Of a stretch of DNA of 64,000 nt, positions 32,518 through 43,000 are shown one piece after another. The position numbers and the translations under genes are program-made. The DNA is from an uncultured bacterium (GTDB taxonomy: Bacteria; CSSED10-310; CAZUFC01): positions 15,879-79,878 of the forward strand of contig CAZUFC010000022.1 of assembly GCA_964619725.1 (NCBI GenBank), written 5' to 3'. The notes below the pieces were generated by a model. It was not told the origin of the DNA. It searched no databases and saw only the letters and a list, made by a program, of their open reading frames with translations. Within the stretch, counting starts at the first letter, position 1. Each line of letters begins with the position of its first letter.

Positions 32518-33240
32518 TCATTTCCATTTTCCGTCGAGCAAATGACGAATGTTATGAGCTGCAGACGCAATGGAGACGTCGTGAGTAACCAGGACGATTG
32601 TGTGACCGCCGGCGTTTAGTTCCTGAAAAATCTTCAGTATCGTCTGTCCTGAAGCAGTGTCCAGGTTGCCTGTCGGTTCGTCCGCCAGGAGCAACTCCGG
32701 TTGCATCACCAGGGCTCTGGCCAGCGCTATGCGTTGCTGTTCGCCGCCGGAAAGTTCTGTCGCCTTGTGACGTTTTCTGTTCATCAGCCCCACTTTTTCC
32801 AGAGCCTGATCGACTCTGCGTTCAGCTTCCCGCTGCCTTATGGAACTATAACAAAAGGGCATGGCTACGTTTTCTGCGGCGCTCAGATATGAGATCAGGT
32901 GAAAGGACTGAAATACGAAACCTATGGTGTGAAGTCTCAGCGCCGAGATTTCCTGGTCGGTCATTCTTTCAATCGACGTTTTTCCGAAAAATATTCGCCC
33001 AGAAGTAGGCCTGTCCAGGATGCCGATAAGGTTCAACAGGGTTGATTTTCCCGATCCTGATGCGCCCATTACGGCCAGGAAATCGCCGCGGCGGATTATA
33101 AGGTTAATATCGGACAGAGCGTGCACAGCCTCGACGCCCCTTTTGAACATGCGTGAAACGTTTTCTAATTTAACCAGCCAATCTTTATGCGTGTCCATTC
33201 CGCAAATTCTCTCCGGGCGCAGCGTTAACCGTCGATCCAT
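32518..33240 (-). CDS. ABC transporter ATP-binding protein (MacB/LolD-like; alternative start at 33198)
   Basis: [28 protein letters not shown] and VTHD motifs. Confidence 0.95.
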   Translation of the reverse strand: MDRRLTLRPERICGMDTHKDWLVKLENVSRMFKRGVEAVHALSDINLIIRRGDFLAVMGASGSGKSTLLNLIGILDRPTSGRIFFGKTSIERMTDQEISALRLHTIGFVFQSFHLISYLSAAENVAMPFCYSSIRQREAERRVDQALEKVGLMNRKRHKATELSGGEQQRIALARALVMQPELLLADEPTGNLDTASGQTILKIFQELNAGGHTIVLVTHDVSIASAAHNIRHLLDGKWK

Positions 33241-34673
33241 TCTTCGGGTTGGAATAAGCAGACTGATTCGCCTTCTCGAAGGCCCGAAAGTATCTCCATC
33301 CAGTCTTCATTACGTCTGTCGGTTTCTATTCCGCGGCGCACATAACCTGCGTCGGTTTTTATGAAACAGTAAGGCGTCTCATCAAAATAAAAAACGGCAT
33401 GCACGGGAATAATCAATGCATTCAGAATCTTATCACAGAGAATATCGACCTGAACTGTCATGCCGGGTCTCAAGCGCTCATCAATTTCATCCAGCGCTAT
33501 ACGGACCCGAAAATACCTGGCGCCCCTCGATACTAAATTTTCCTTTTCAGCCAGCGCCCCTATAGAATCTATCCTGCCGGAAAAGACCATATCGGGAAAA
33601 GCTTCCGCTTTTACTGCCGATTTAATCCCTATCCTGATTTTGTGCAGATCGATTTCCCTTACTCTTGTGGTTACGGCCAGCGAAGAAATATCGGGCAAGT
33701 AGATTATCGGCTGACCCATAAATACGGTATCGCCCACATGAGGCTTTCTTACTGAACCTCCTTTATAATTCTCTTTCAGTATGGCCAATCCGCTGTGAGG
33801 AGCGTGAATTATTGTCTTTTCCAGGTCGGTTTGAGCCTGCTCGAGGTCCTTTTTCATCTCCGCTAATTCGAACAAAGCTTTATTCAATGCGTTTTCTGAT
33901 GTGGCTGACTTATAGGCTGATTCTGATTTTACCTGTTCCAGATTCGATTGGGCCTTTTTGTGATTGGCTTCTGCAGCTTCTAACCTTGCAGGCGTTTGAT
34001 ATTCGTTGAAATTTTTAAATCGTACTCTGAGTTCATTGTAGGCGCTCTCGGATTCCGCTGCTTTCTTCTCCGCATTTTCTATCTCCAGAGGATGCGAAAA
34101 ACCTCTTTCCGCCAATTCCTCCAAATCATTTACGTATCCCTCTGCATTTAACCACTCCTCCTCCGCAGCTTTCATTTCCTTCTCCAATTGCGATTTTTCC
34201 ATCGGCAAATCGCCGAGTTTTATCCTTTTATATTCCAACTCAGCTATTCTCAGGGCAGATTCCGCAGTTTCAATATTGCGTAAAGCCTGCTCCTTGTCCC
34301 AGGCCAGGGACTTTTTCAAACTTTCTACTATAGATTCCTGTTCACGAATTCTCGATTGAAGGCGTTCCACTTCCTGCTCAAAGACAACCGGGTCCAGCCG
34401 GGCCAGAACATCCCCTTTTTCAACAGCCGCTCCGTCTTCGATTATATATATGAGCTTCCCGTCGTTACCCTTTATTTGCGAACCGATATACGTCGCTTTT
34501 TCTGCTTCAAGCTGACCGATTGTTCTGAGCCTTATCTCAAAATTACCTGTTTTCGCTTTCGCAAATTTTATCTCCGATTCCTCTGTCTGCACCCCAGGTC
34601 GGATATGCCATAAAAGTAAAACAGCCAATAAAAAAATAAAGAGAATACCGACAGACTTAAACGGACGAATCAC
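33225..34673 (-). CDS. Membrane fusion protein (MacA/HlyD-like) with a long coiled coil
   Basis: N-terminal TM, lipoyl-like VEKGDVL, long helical hairpin, LRPGMT and GLREGE motifs. Confidence 0.9.
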   Translation of the reverse strand: MIRPFKSVGILFIFLLAVLLLWHIRPGVQTEESEIKFAKAKTGNFEIRLRTIGQLEAEKATYIGSQIKGNDGKLIYIIEDGAAVEKGDVLARLDPVVFEQEVERLQSRIREQESIVESLKKSLAWDKEQALRNIETAESALRIAELEYKRIKLGDLPMEKSQLEKEMKAAEEEWLNAEGYVNDLEELAERGFSHPLEIENAEKKAAESESAYNELRVRFKNFNEYQTPARLEAAEANHKKAQSNLEQVKSESAYKSATSENALNKALFELAEMKKDLEQAQTDLEKTIIHAPHSGLAILKENYKGGSVRKPHVGDTVFMGQPIIYLPDISSLAVTTRVREIDLHKIRIGIKSAVKAEAFPDMVFSGRIDSIGALAEKENLVSRGARYFRVRIALDEIDERLRPGMTVQVDILCDKILNALIIPVHAVFYFDETPYCFIKTDAGYVRRGIETDRRNEDWMEILSGLREGESVCLFQPEEWIDG

Positions 34674-34685
34674 AGCATCAACCTC

Positions 34686-36161
34686 TTACCCGTCATTATC
34701 CGGCGTTTGGGCTTGAAAATCCGGCGTCTTCAGCAGCGTTCCCATGGCAGCCTGAAGACGGACCTTTCCGCCGGCAAAGTTTATTTTTTCCTGTATCATG
34801 TTGGATTCAGCGAGTCTCAGTTCATTTTCACTTTCCAAAACAGTAAAATTATCGATCATTCCCCGGGCGAATTTCACCTGGGACAGCTCAAGTTTACCCC
34901 GAGTCTGCATAATTAATTCAGACAGCAATTTGATCCGCGCCCGGCTGCGTTCCAATGCACGCAATACCTGTTTAACCTCACGGCGAATCTCCAGCTTTGC
35001 TTCTTCCAACGCCAGTTCACTCTGCTTGACTCGCAGCGCCGCCTGGCGGAAAGCAATTTTTTCCGCGCTCCTGGAAAAATCAGACCCGGAGCGCAATCCA
35101 AGACTCCAGGATTCCTCATCCGGTTTAAGTTCATCGTTGAATTTTTCAGCATCCCCGGAAAGAGTATAATCCGCCGTCAAATTGAGGACAGGCTGAACCC
35201 TTAATTCCGCCAGATGCTTTAGACGCTGCGCCTCTTTCATATTTTCCCGGGCTTCCTTTATTTCGATCCTTCTTTGGAGAGCTGTATTGACGGCATGTTC
35301 GAGAGAGGGCAACTCCAGGGCGTTTTCGATTGCCATTTTTAATCGCAGGTTCTGTTCAAGCGGCAACGATAAAATATTTTTCAGGCTGTCTAATGCAGCT
35401 TCGTATTGTTCCTGTGATGATTGCAGTTGATTTTCTGTATTTTTCCGTTCTATTTCGGCGCGGTAGAGGTCCATTGCGCCGGTATGTCCCAATTTCATTT
35501 TTGCACCGAGAGCGGCTGTATGAGTTCTTATTCTTGTTAACGATTCTTCGAGGAGACGGGTTGTTTCGCGCCACTTAACGGCCTGATAGGCTGTATTTAA
35601 GGCCGTCTGGATCATAGTGACCTGTGTCCGGAAATGCTGCATTCTGGTTCGCAAAAAATTGGACTCGGCCCCCTTAACATTAGAAAGAGCGGATTCTTTT
35701 CCTCTGCCCTGAAGCAGCGGTTGATCGATGCTTACGGTTAAACGGGAGGAGTAATTTCCTTCGGTTTTTCCTAAGGAAGGCGAAACACTGATGTCGCCGC
35801 CTGCGATCATTTGTTTTCTCAGACTGAAACCGGAATTCCAGTCGAATTGAACCTCATCCTCTTCGTTGTTCGTTCCTGAAAGACCCATGTCTATTTCGGG
35901 GTACAACTTAATATTTAAATCGTTGCGCGACTGCTGCAATTGAAGTTGAGCGATTTCAACCCTGTCAGCGGCAAACTCAATATTCCGGTTGAATTTTAAA
36001 ACGCGATTGATGATGCCCTGTTCATCAAGAATAACAGGAGCTGGAGCAGGGTCATCGGAAGCAGCGTTTTTGGGAACGATGCAGATCACTGCCGCAAGCG
36101 ACAGGTAGAAAACGATTATTCCAGCGGTTTGGGAACGGATTCGGTCAAATGACATTATCAA
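34686..36161 (-). CDS. TolC-family outer membrane efflux protein
   Basis: Signal peptide, QPLLQG motif and two-fold OEP repeat pattern; adjacent to the MFP and ABC genes. Confidence 0.88.
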   Translation of the reverse strand: MIMSFDRIRSQTAGIIVFYLSLAAVICIVPKNAASDDPAPAPVILDEQGIINRVLKFNRNIEFAADRVEIAQLQLQQSRNDLNIKLYPEIDMGLSGTNNEEDEVQFDWNSGFSLRKQMIAGGDISVSPSLGKTEGNYSSRLTVSIDQPLLQGRGKESALSNVKGAESNFLRTRMQHFRTQVTMIQTALNTAYQAVKWRETTRLLEESLTRIRTHTAALGAKMKLGHTGAMDLYRAEIERKNTENQLQSSQEQYEAALDSLKNILSLPLEQNLRLKMAIENALELPSLEHAVNTALQRRIEIKEARENMKEAQRLKHLAELRVQPVLNLTADYTLSGDAEKFNDELKPDEESWSLGLRSGSDFSRSAEKIAFRQAALRVKQSELALEEAKLEIRREVKQVLRALERSRARIKLLSELIMQTRGKLELSQVKFARGMIDNFTVLESENELRLAESNMIQEKINFAGGKVRLQAAMGTLLKTPDFQAQTPDNDG

Positions 36162-36183
36162 TAATGATTAAGCTAAAGAAGGA

Positions 36184-37476
36184 TTACCTCCGCGGAGAGG
36201 ATTCCACTTGGCCTTGAACGTTTAAATTAATAGTATCAGCATTCGGGGGTTTGTCGTAATTACCGGTCAGGTTGATGGTAACGGAGCCGGTTACGTAATT
36301 GCCCTGCTCATCGTAGCCGAAAATTTCAAACACGGAATCGACAGGGATATAGGAATAGGCGTTGTAATAGACGTCGCCGCAGACTCGATCCTTTGCCGGT
36401 ATATAGGATTTCCCTGCTCCGCACTCATCGAACCATTCAGCGAAGTAATCAGGATCGACGTAGGCATAATTGAACTGGTAGCCTTCGTGGTATTGGGTGA
36501 ACTGGGCATATTCGATATCCACTCTGCTGCCGCCTGTTTCTTCGACATAAACAGTGGTTATCCAGTAATAAAGACCGTCGATATAATTGTAATAAGGGCA
36601 GGGATTGGGATCAGCCCATACCCGAAAACTGCCGACGTTGTCTTCCTCCTCCTCGTCTTCATCTTTTGTCGCTTCGTATGCGGCATAACCGCCTCCGGCG
36701 ATGACCGCGCCGCCGACGATGTAGAGCCAGGGGCTGGCCCACAATCCTGCTGACGCACCAGCGCCGGCTCCTGCCGAACCTCCGCCTGCACCTGCTGCAG
36801 AGCCTGCTTCTGCTGCTGCGACAGACTTGCCGGTAGATGCCGCCGTTATCTGACCGCCGTTTACCGCTCCCACAGAAGCGGTCGACGAACCGATTTGAGA
36901 CGCCGTGTAAATACCACCGGCGACAGCGCCGAAACGCATACCCGATTCAACGGCGTTCAGAGCTATGCTGTCTGCGAAGCCGGCGACTTCTGCCGGAGGC
37001 TGAGACAGCTCCGTGAAAACGTCAACCTCTCCATAGACGTCGCAATCCTGCCATGGAGGAATCTCAGCCTCTTTGCTTTCGTTGACGATGAAGCTCTGCG
37101 TTTTGACGACGACTTTATCCCCGTTCACAGCCAGGAATAAATATTCGATTTTTTCGGTAGCGTCTGCCGGCGCTGGAATGACGCCTTGATACTGATCGCT
37201 CTTCATTTCAAGCATATTAACGAAACAGAAATCCGCGTGATCGCTGCCCTTGAAATAGCAGCGAACCAGTTCAATGCCGGAAGGGTCGGCAGCGACGGCG
37301 GATACGTTAATACGGCATCCGGGAACATAATACTCCAGTGAATCATGTTGTATAGCCGTTTGCGGAGATGCCTCTGCTGCTGATACGCTTGATACGCCTT
37401 CTCCCGGACTCAGCGCCGTGATTAAAATAAACAGTAACGCCGGCATGAATCTCAGAGTATTCCTTCCGTTGATCAT
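36184..37476 (-). CDS. Hypothetical exported protein with a Gly/Ala-rich linker, central hydrophobic segment and Tyr-rich C-terminal domain
   Basis: 430 aa; signal peptide, Ig-like N-terminal part, GA-rich stretch, PWLYIVGGAVIAGGG segment and an acidic patch. Confidence 0.75.
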   Translation of the reverse strand: MINGRNTLRFMPALLFILITALSPGEGVSSVSAAEASPQTAIQHDSLEYYVPGCRINVSAVAADPSGIELVRCYFKGSDHADFCFVNMLEMKSDQYQGVIPAPADATEKIEYLFLAVNGDKVVVKTQSFIVNESKEAEIPPWQDCDVYGEVDVFTELSQPPAEVAGFADSIALNAVESGMRFGAVAGGIYTASQIGSSTASVGAVNGGQITAASTGKSVAAAEAGSAAGAGGGSAGAGAGASAGLWASPWLYIVGGAVIAGGGYAAYEATKDEDEEEEDNVGSFRVWADPNPCPYYNYIDGLYYWITTVYVEETGGSRVDIEYAQFTQYHEGYQFNYAYVDPDYFAEWFDECGAGKSYIPAKDRVCGDVYYNAYSYIPVDSVFEIFGYDEQGNYVTGSVTINLTGNYDKPPNADTINLNVQGQVESSPRR

Positions 37477-37496
37477 AGTTCTCTCCTTTTTAATGA

Positions 37497-39371
37497 TTAA
37501 TTGCGTTTGCCTAACGTGACTTTCGCTTCATAAAGCCTGCCCAACCGATAAACAGTAAGCGCTGCCTTCTGGCCGGGACTTTTCCGTTGCAGGACGGAGC
37601 CGGCTTCCCGAGCATCGTTGATTTTCCTGCCGTCTATGGAAGTCAGTATATCGCCCCCCCGCAGTCCTGCCGCATCCGCCGGGCCGCCGCTAACGACAGA
37701 TACTATTCGTACTCCTCTCAAAGAACCCAAACCCAGTTGCCGGGCTTCATATTCGGTTACTGTTTCTATGCTTGCTCCAAACCATCCGCCCGACGCCGGA
37801 GGAATAACAGTTGCAACCCTCTCAAGTTTCACTGCAGGAGTCGCTGTGGGACTGGGCGGCGGGACGGTCGTCCGTGTATTCGTCGGTGACGGGGAAGGTG
37901 CAACCGATTCGTATTTATGATCAAGCGGTTTGATCAATGCAGAAGTTTCAGTCCCGTCAATGTTTCGCTTATCCGGGCCGGCGTCCTCATTATCATCCCC
38001 GTCGCTCGGCTCTCCGGCAAGAAGGGCTGCTTCATCCTGCAGCGCATCCTCCGAAGTCCCATCGTCATTCTCCGCCTTCTCAATCGGAACCGCAACGCCT
38101 GCCGCCCCTTCAACAGATAAACTTTCCTTCTCAGTCAGGGAAATTGAATTTGCCTGCGATTCCCGATCTCCGTCCGGTGAAGGCTTTTCTGCTTTGAACA
38201 GACCGTACCAGCCCAGGATTGCAATTATCAGAACAACTGCCGCTGCGATTAACGGAGTTTTGTATGACCTGGAGTCGGAAATCTTCAGTCCCTTAACCAT
38301 TTTCGACGCTGAAAGCGATTCTGAGGATTCCAACTTCCCCTTCTCCGGCGTTTCTTTTTTTTCGCTTACAGGCTTTTGGGCTAAAGTGGGAAGTTCATCA
38401 TGAGGCTGATCTGTTTCAGCTTTATATAGATGATGCGTCTTCTGGTCACCGGTTGAGAAAACGGACGTTGTATCCTCTCGTCCATCGCCGGCGCTTGTGT
38501 TTAATACGCCTATCAGAGCATTACGAACCTCCGTCATGTTCGTGAAACGCTTGTCACGCTCACGTTCGAGCATCTTCCCTACCGTATCGGTCAACTCCCG
38601 CGAGAATTCTACGTCGACTCTCATCTCCCGTATGTCCGGGACCTGCTCCCTGATTCTTAAAGCTAATGACTCTATTTTGCTTGCGGACGAGAAAGGAAAT
38701 TTGCCCGTCAGCGCCCTGAACAATACCAGTCCCAGGGAATATTGATCGGTCCTGTGATCAATAGCCGCTCCTTTTGCCTGTTCAGGCGAACAATAATCTA
38801 TTTTTCCAATGAATAATCCTGTCGATGTCTTCTCATCCGCATCCGAAGCAGCGAATCGGTCCGTTATCTCAGCCTTCGCTATCCCGAAATCGATTACCTT
38901 CGCCAAAGGACTGCCCAGACGATCTTTACGAGTCGTCAGCATTATATTGTCAGGAGAAATGTCCCTGTGGATGATACCGTGACTATGAGCATGTATCAAA
39001 CCGTCGCAAACCTGAATGATAATCGGAAGAATTTCCTGCGCCGACATGATCCTGGCCCGGCGCAATCGAACAGATAAACTCTCCCCCACCAGAAATTCCA
39101 TAACCAGCGCCAGATGCCGGCCCTCTTTGAAAAATTCGTAAACCCGCACCAGATTCGAGTGATCCAGCCGGGCCAGTATGCGGGCTTCCCGCTCAAAACG
39201 CTTTACAAAATCGCTATCCTGCGAAATATCGCTTTTCAATATCTTGAGCGCACGAGTCGCCCCCAATAATCGATGCTCAGCCTTAAATACCGCTCCCATT
39301 CCCCCCTCGCCGATTATAGAATCGATACGGTATTCTCTTATCCAACTTCCTATGAATTCATGCAACTCCAT
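37497..39371 (-). CDS. Hanks-type Ser/Thr protein kinase with a TM helix and a C-terminal PDZ domain
   Basis: IGEGGMGAVF, ALK, HRDISPDN, DFGIAK and SPEQ motifs; one TM; PDZ (GWFGASI...V..GGPADAAGLRGGDIL..IDG). Confidence 0.93.
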   Translation of the reverse strand: MELHEFIGSWIREYRIDSIIGEGGMGAVFKAEHRLLGATRALKILKSDISQDSDFVKRFEREARILARLDHSNLVRVYEFFKEGRHLALVMEFLVGESLSVRLRRARIMSAQEILPIIIQVCDGLIHAHSHGIIHRDISPDNIMLTTRKDRLGSPLAKVIDFGIAKAEITDRFAASDADEKTSTGLFIGKIDYCSPEQAKGAAIDHRTDQYSLGLVLFRALTGKFPFSSASKIESLALRIREQVPDIREMRVDVEFSRELTDTVGKMLERERDKRFTNMTEVRNALIGVLNTSAGDGREDTTSVFSTGDQKTHHLYKAETDQPHDELPTLAQKPVSEKKETPEKGKLESSESLSASKMVKGLKISDSRSYKTPLIAAAVVLIIAILGWYGLFKAEKPSPDGDRESQANSISLTEKESLSVEGAAGVAVPIEKAENDDGTSEDALQDEAALLAGEPSDGDDNEDAGPDKRNIDGTETSALIKPLDHKYESVAPSPSPTNTRTTVPPPSPTATPAVKLERVATVIPPASGGWFGASIETVTEYEARQLGLGSLRGVRIVSVVSGGPADAAGLRGGDILTSIDGRKINDAREAGSVLQRKSPGQKAALTVYRLGRLYEAKVTLGKRN

Positions 39372-39744
39372 CTCTGTTCACCTGAATGGATCGGAATGGA
39401 TCAAAACAGCCGAAAAACCGGGATGAAAATCCGATTATTATGGCGACCTGAAAGACGAGGACGAATACGGCGAAACTCATAAAAAAAAAATTAACGGTGG
39501 TCGGCCTAACCTTCATGAACCTGACGTCCTTATGCCCTTAGTTACTTTGAATAATAGTTACTTCTGCAGAAATCAACGGTTTGAGAACTCCAGTATGAGC
39601 AGGATTACTCTTTTTGCAAGAGTAAACGAAAATTAATTATATCGTTAAATAATGACGAAAATCAATTTTTCGACTGTGAACCCACACTTCTCATACAAAA
39701 TCTTTTACGAACGTCCAACTCCCCGCAGATTCAAGCGCTGATCC

Positions 39745-39890
39745 CCAAGCATCCAGAAAGGGGTCAGAGCCCTGCGGAAACCCTTGAATTTAAAAGGCAG
39801 AGCCCGGGGCAATCAGCATCCGCCATTCAGCTCCAAGCATTCAGAAAGGGGTCAGAGCCCTGCGGGAACCCTTGAATTTAAAGGACAGAG
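39745..39890. repeat. 88-bp-period direct repeat with two REP-like motifs
   Basis: CCAAGCAT(C/T)CAGAAAGGGGTCAGAGCCCTGCGG(A/G)AACCCTTGAATTTAAA occurs twice (cores at 39760 and 39848). Confidence 0.9.
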
Positions 39891-39941
39891 ATTAGAATCT
39901 CCGACATCCGATATCCCTTGATAAGCCTCCGGAACATCATA

Positions 39942-39976
39942 AAAAAGGATCGTTTCCGGCAGAAACGATCCTTTTT
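39942..39976. terminator. Bidirectional intrinsic terminator downstream of the C25 peptidase gene
   Basis: AAAAAGGATCGTTTC-CGGCA-GAAACGATCCTTTTT, a perfect stem with A and T tracts. Confidence 0.85.
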
Positions 39977-40005
39977 ACTCAAACAGTTTTTATTTCAAAC
40001 TTCGA

Positions 40006-43000
40006 TTATTCGTAACCCCAATCAAGGACTGATATGTCGGTCATGAGGTTCCATTGATTATCCACTAGGGCTCCCCAGAACTTAAGACCATATGCTGTTC
40101 CGGCATTGGTCGGCCAGACGAATTCGAGTATGACTTCCGTGTTGTCGCAGTAGGCTGGAATTTCTTTGACGACCCAGTCGATATCCGTGGACCAGCTTTC
40201 GTAGAACCAGTAATTGTCATAGACGTCAAGTATTACGAATTGGTTGAAGGTAACGGCTTCGTGGGGATTGACTATGCGGCATTCCAGGAGAAAGGGGTCT
40301 TCGGCGTGGAACATTTCCTGGTTGATCATCAGTTTCATTTCCAGGGAGGTTGGAGTTGGCGAGCAGACGGCGGTAGGCGTGCCGGTCGTGTGAGCGGTGG
40401 GCGTACCGGTAACGAACCAGGTGGGGATTTCGGTAGGGATATGGGTGGGCGTATCAGTAGGAGTATATGTAGGCGGAACATCCGTGGGCGTTTGAGTGGG
40501 CGTGCATGTCGGCGTCAGCGTGGGCGGAATTTGCGTCGGAGTTCTGGTAGGTGTGCAGGAGGGAATGAGCGTCGGGGTCCCGGTTGGAGTATAAGTCGGC
40601 GGTATGGGAGTCTGGAATGGCGTAGCAGTCGGTGCGGTTCCTCCTGTTCCGGACAGCCACCGGGCAGTGTTGACTATCAGATGTTCTTTATCCGTCTGGT
40701 TTTGAACGTCGCCTATGGTGAAAGAATAGAAGACGGTTTGACCTCCGTTCCAGGGATCGGTATCGTCATCGTATGCGATGACTCCGCCTCCATTGGCTGA
40801 CGTCCATCCGAAAATTGTCGTCGCGTCAATTGCAGCATCGCAGGCATCTTCATCATAATAACTGGAATAGGTATGGGAAATTGTCGACGGCAATGAATAA
40901 GGAGTCATAACTATAGGATGATCTGACGCCTCAAGAGAAAGGTCACCGGAGCTGTCGCCGTTCCAGTCCGTGACGTGACAGACATCTTCCAGAAAATCGG
41001 GCGCGCTGTAATAAAAGTCGTAGCATATCTCGCCGCCTTCGATCAAAAGCGTCCCTCCATCACCGACATAAGCCGTCAGGTTATCTCGCCAACCAGCCTG
41101 ACTGACCGGCGAAGAGTTATCGCCGGAACTCCAGACGATGAACGCGTAGTTGTCCCAATAAGCCGGATCGGTTGATGATGCGGTTTCTTCAGTAACAAGG
41201 AAACCATTACCGGCTAGAGTATCAACGAAACTTTGGGTGTGCTGGTGTGTTCCGTCTGCGATGACCAGGACGGGTTGAGCGCCTATGCCGACAGTAAAAT
41301 TGACGGTATCAGAGAAACCTTCTGTTTCGACAAACATCGAAAATTCAACCATTTCACCCTCCGGCGCATCAGGATCGACATAAAACCCGAAATCGTCCGT
41401 GCTCCACTCCATCTGCTCGTATTCCAAGTCCGGCCAGGAAGCTGAATTATCCGTGATATCGATGTAAATAGAATCCGTGCTCAATTCTGCATAAGGAGCC
41501 GGAGCGATTCCGTGTCCGGTGTTCAGCAGGGATACGGGCAGCACGATGTTTTCGCCCGGGTCTGCAATGCCGTCGTCGTTTCCGGAGGAATCGTCTACGA
41601 GATGGTCCTGGTATGACAGTGCGGGAGCGGTTATCATTTCATTGAAATTAGCGTTCCCTGAACCCTCAACGCTGGTCCAGGCCAAGGAGAATTGAATCGA
41701 CTCGCCGTCGGGCGCAGAAGCATCGATTTGCCACTGTAAATGAGGTTGATCGGATTCAGCGCTTGTGTGAGCGGGCATATCAGGAAAGGTCAAGTCAGCA
41801 TTGATAAGCGTTACGTAATCGCTGTTTTCTGAAACAGTGACGTTTATTCCCGCAGCATCTATACCTGAGTTGTTATAAAGCGTTATAGGACAAGTGATCG
41901 TTTCGCCGGGATTGGGTTCGCCGTTGTCGTTGCCGGAAGAATCATCTATAACATGCGATTCATGGATCAGGATGGGAACATCGCATGGACCTAAATAACC
42001 CACTTCCACGTCGTCGATATTCCATCCGCAATAGGTCCATCCTGAGTCCGTTGGTCCCATTGTCCACCTCACGTAAACTTCAGGTTGGCCGTCTGCCCAT
42101 TCGGAAATGTCGTATTCGCAATAAAGCCATTCGCCGTCATATATAGTCGAAGAATTGTGCCAGACTTCCTCAAATGTCGTGCCGTCGACTGAAACTGAAA
42201 TAACGGCATGGTCATAAACTGGTTGTTCGACGCCCAACCACCGGTAAAATCTGAGGGTAGTTCCAGCGGCTGCCGAGCAGTCCATGACCGGAGCTGTGAG
42301 ATGGTATTCGCCCATTGAATTCGTATAGTCGCCGTTGAGGTTATAGCCGTAGACATTGTCTCCGGTATATCCGGAAGTGGGGTCCGGGCCGCCGTAATCA
42401 CCGCCCTGTCCTGTTGGAATGCCCCATTCCCAATCGCCGCCGGAGATCGTCCAGCCCGGATTGGAGTCCATGTTTTCCTCAAAAAGCACGAAATTGCCCA
42501 GAGTATTGAAGAAGTAATATTCTCCGCTGTTGTCGTCCGTCGCCGTATTTTCAGCAAGATCGGTCGATTCCACATAAAAATAGTATTTTGAACAGTTTTC
42601 CAGTCCTTCCAGTTTGATGGAATGTTCCATACTGTATTCTGAACATGAAACGGACTGGACAGGAGGCGTATCGAACCCGTAGAAGACTGTGGCAGTGGCG
42701 AGTTCGTCCGTGGTCCAGGTTATGACGGCTTCAGTATCGAGAACGCCGCTGAATCCGACTCCGCTGATCGCCGGCTCCTGGCAATCGACTGTAACGTCTT
42801 CGTAAACGTCTACCGGTGAGCCTTCGCAATCGTCATCATGGTAATAGGCAGTCACATCGTCACCATGCGCGACCAGAAGGTCGCCGCTCCCGCCTGAAGC
42901 AAAAAGCTCGAACTGTCCTTCGAATACCGCCAGGTCAGGGTCTATCTCGGTGCACTCTACCGAAATGCCTGTCGGATCGCTGTCGCTCCATACGTCTATC

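Noticed and set aside
40340-40640. Pro/Thr-coding quasi-repeats as a DNA repeat element
   Set aside because: Codons vary freely, so this is a protein-level low-complexity linker.
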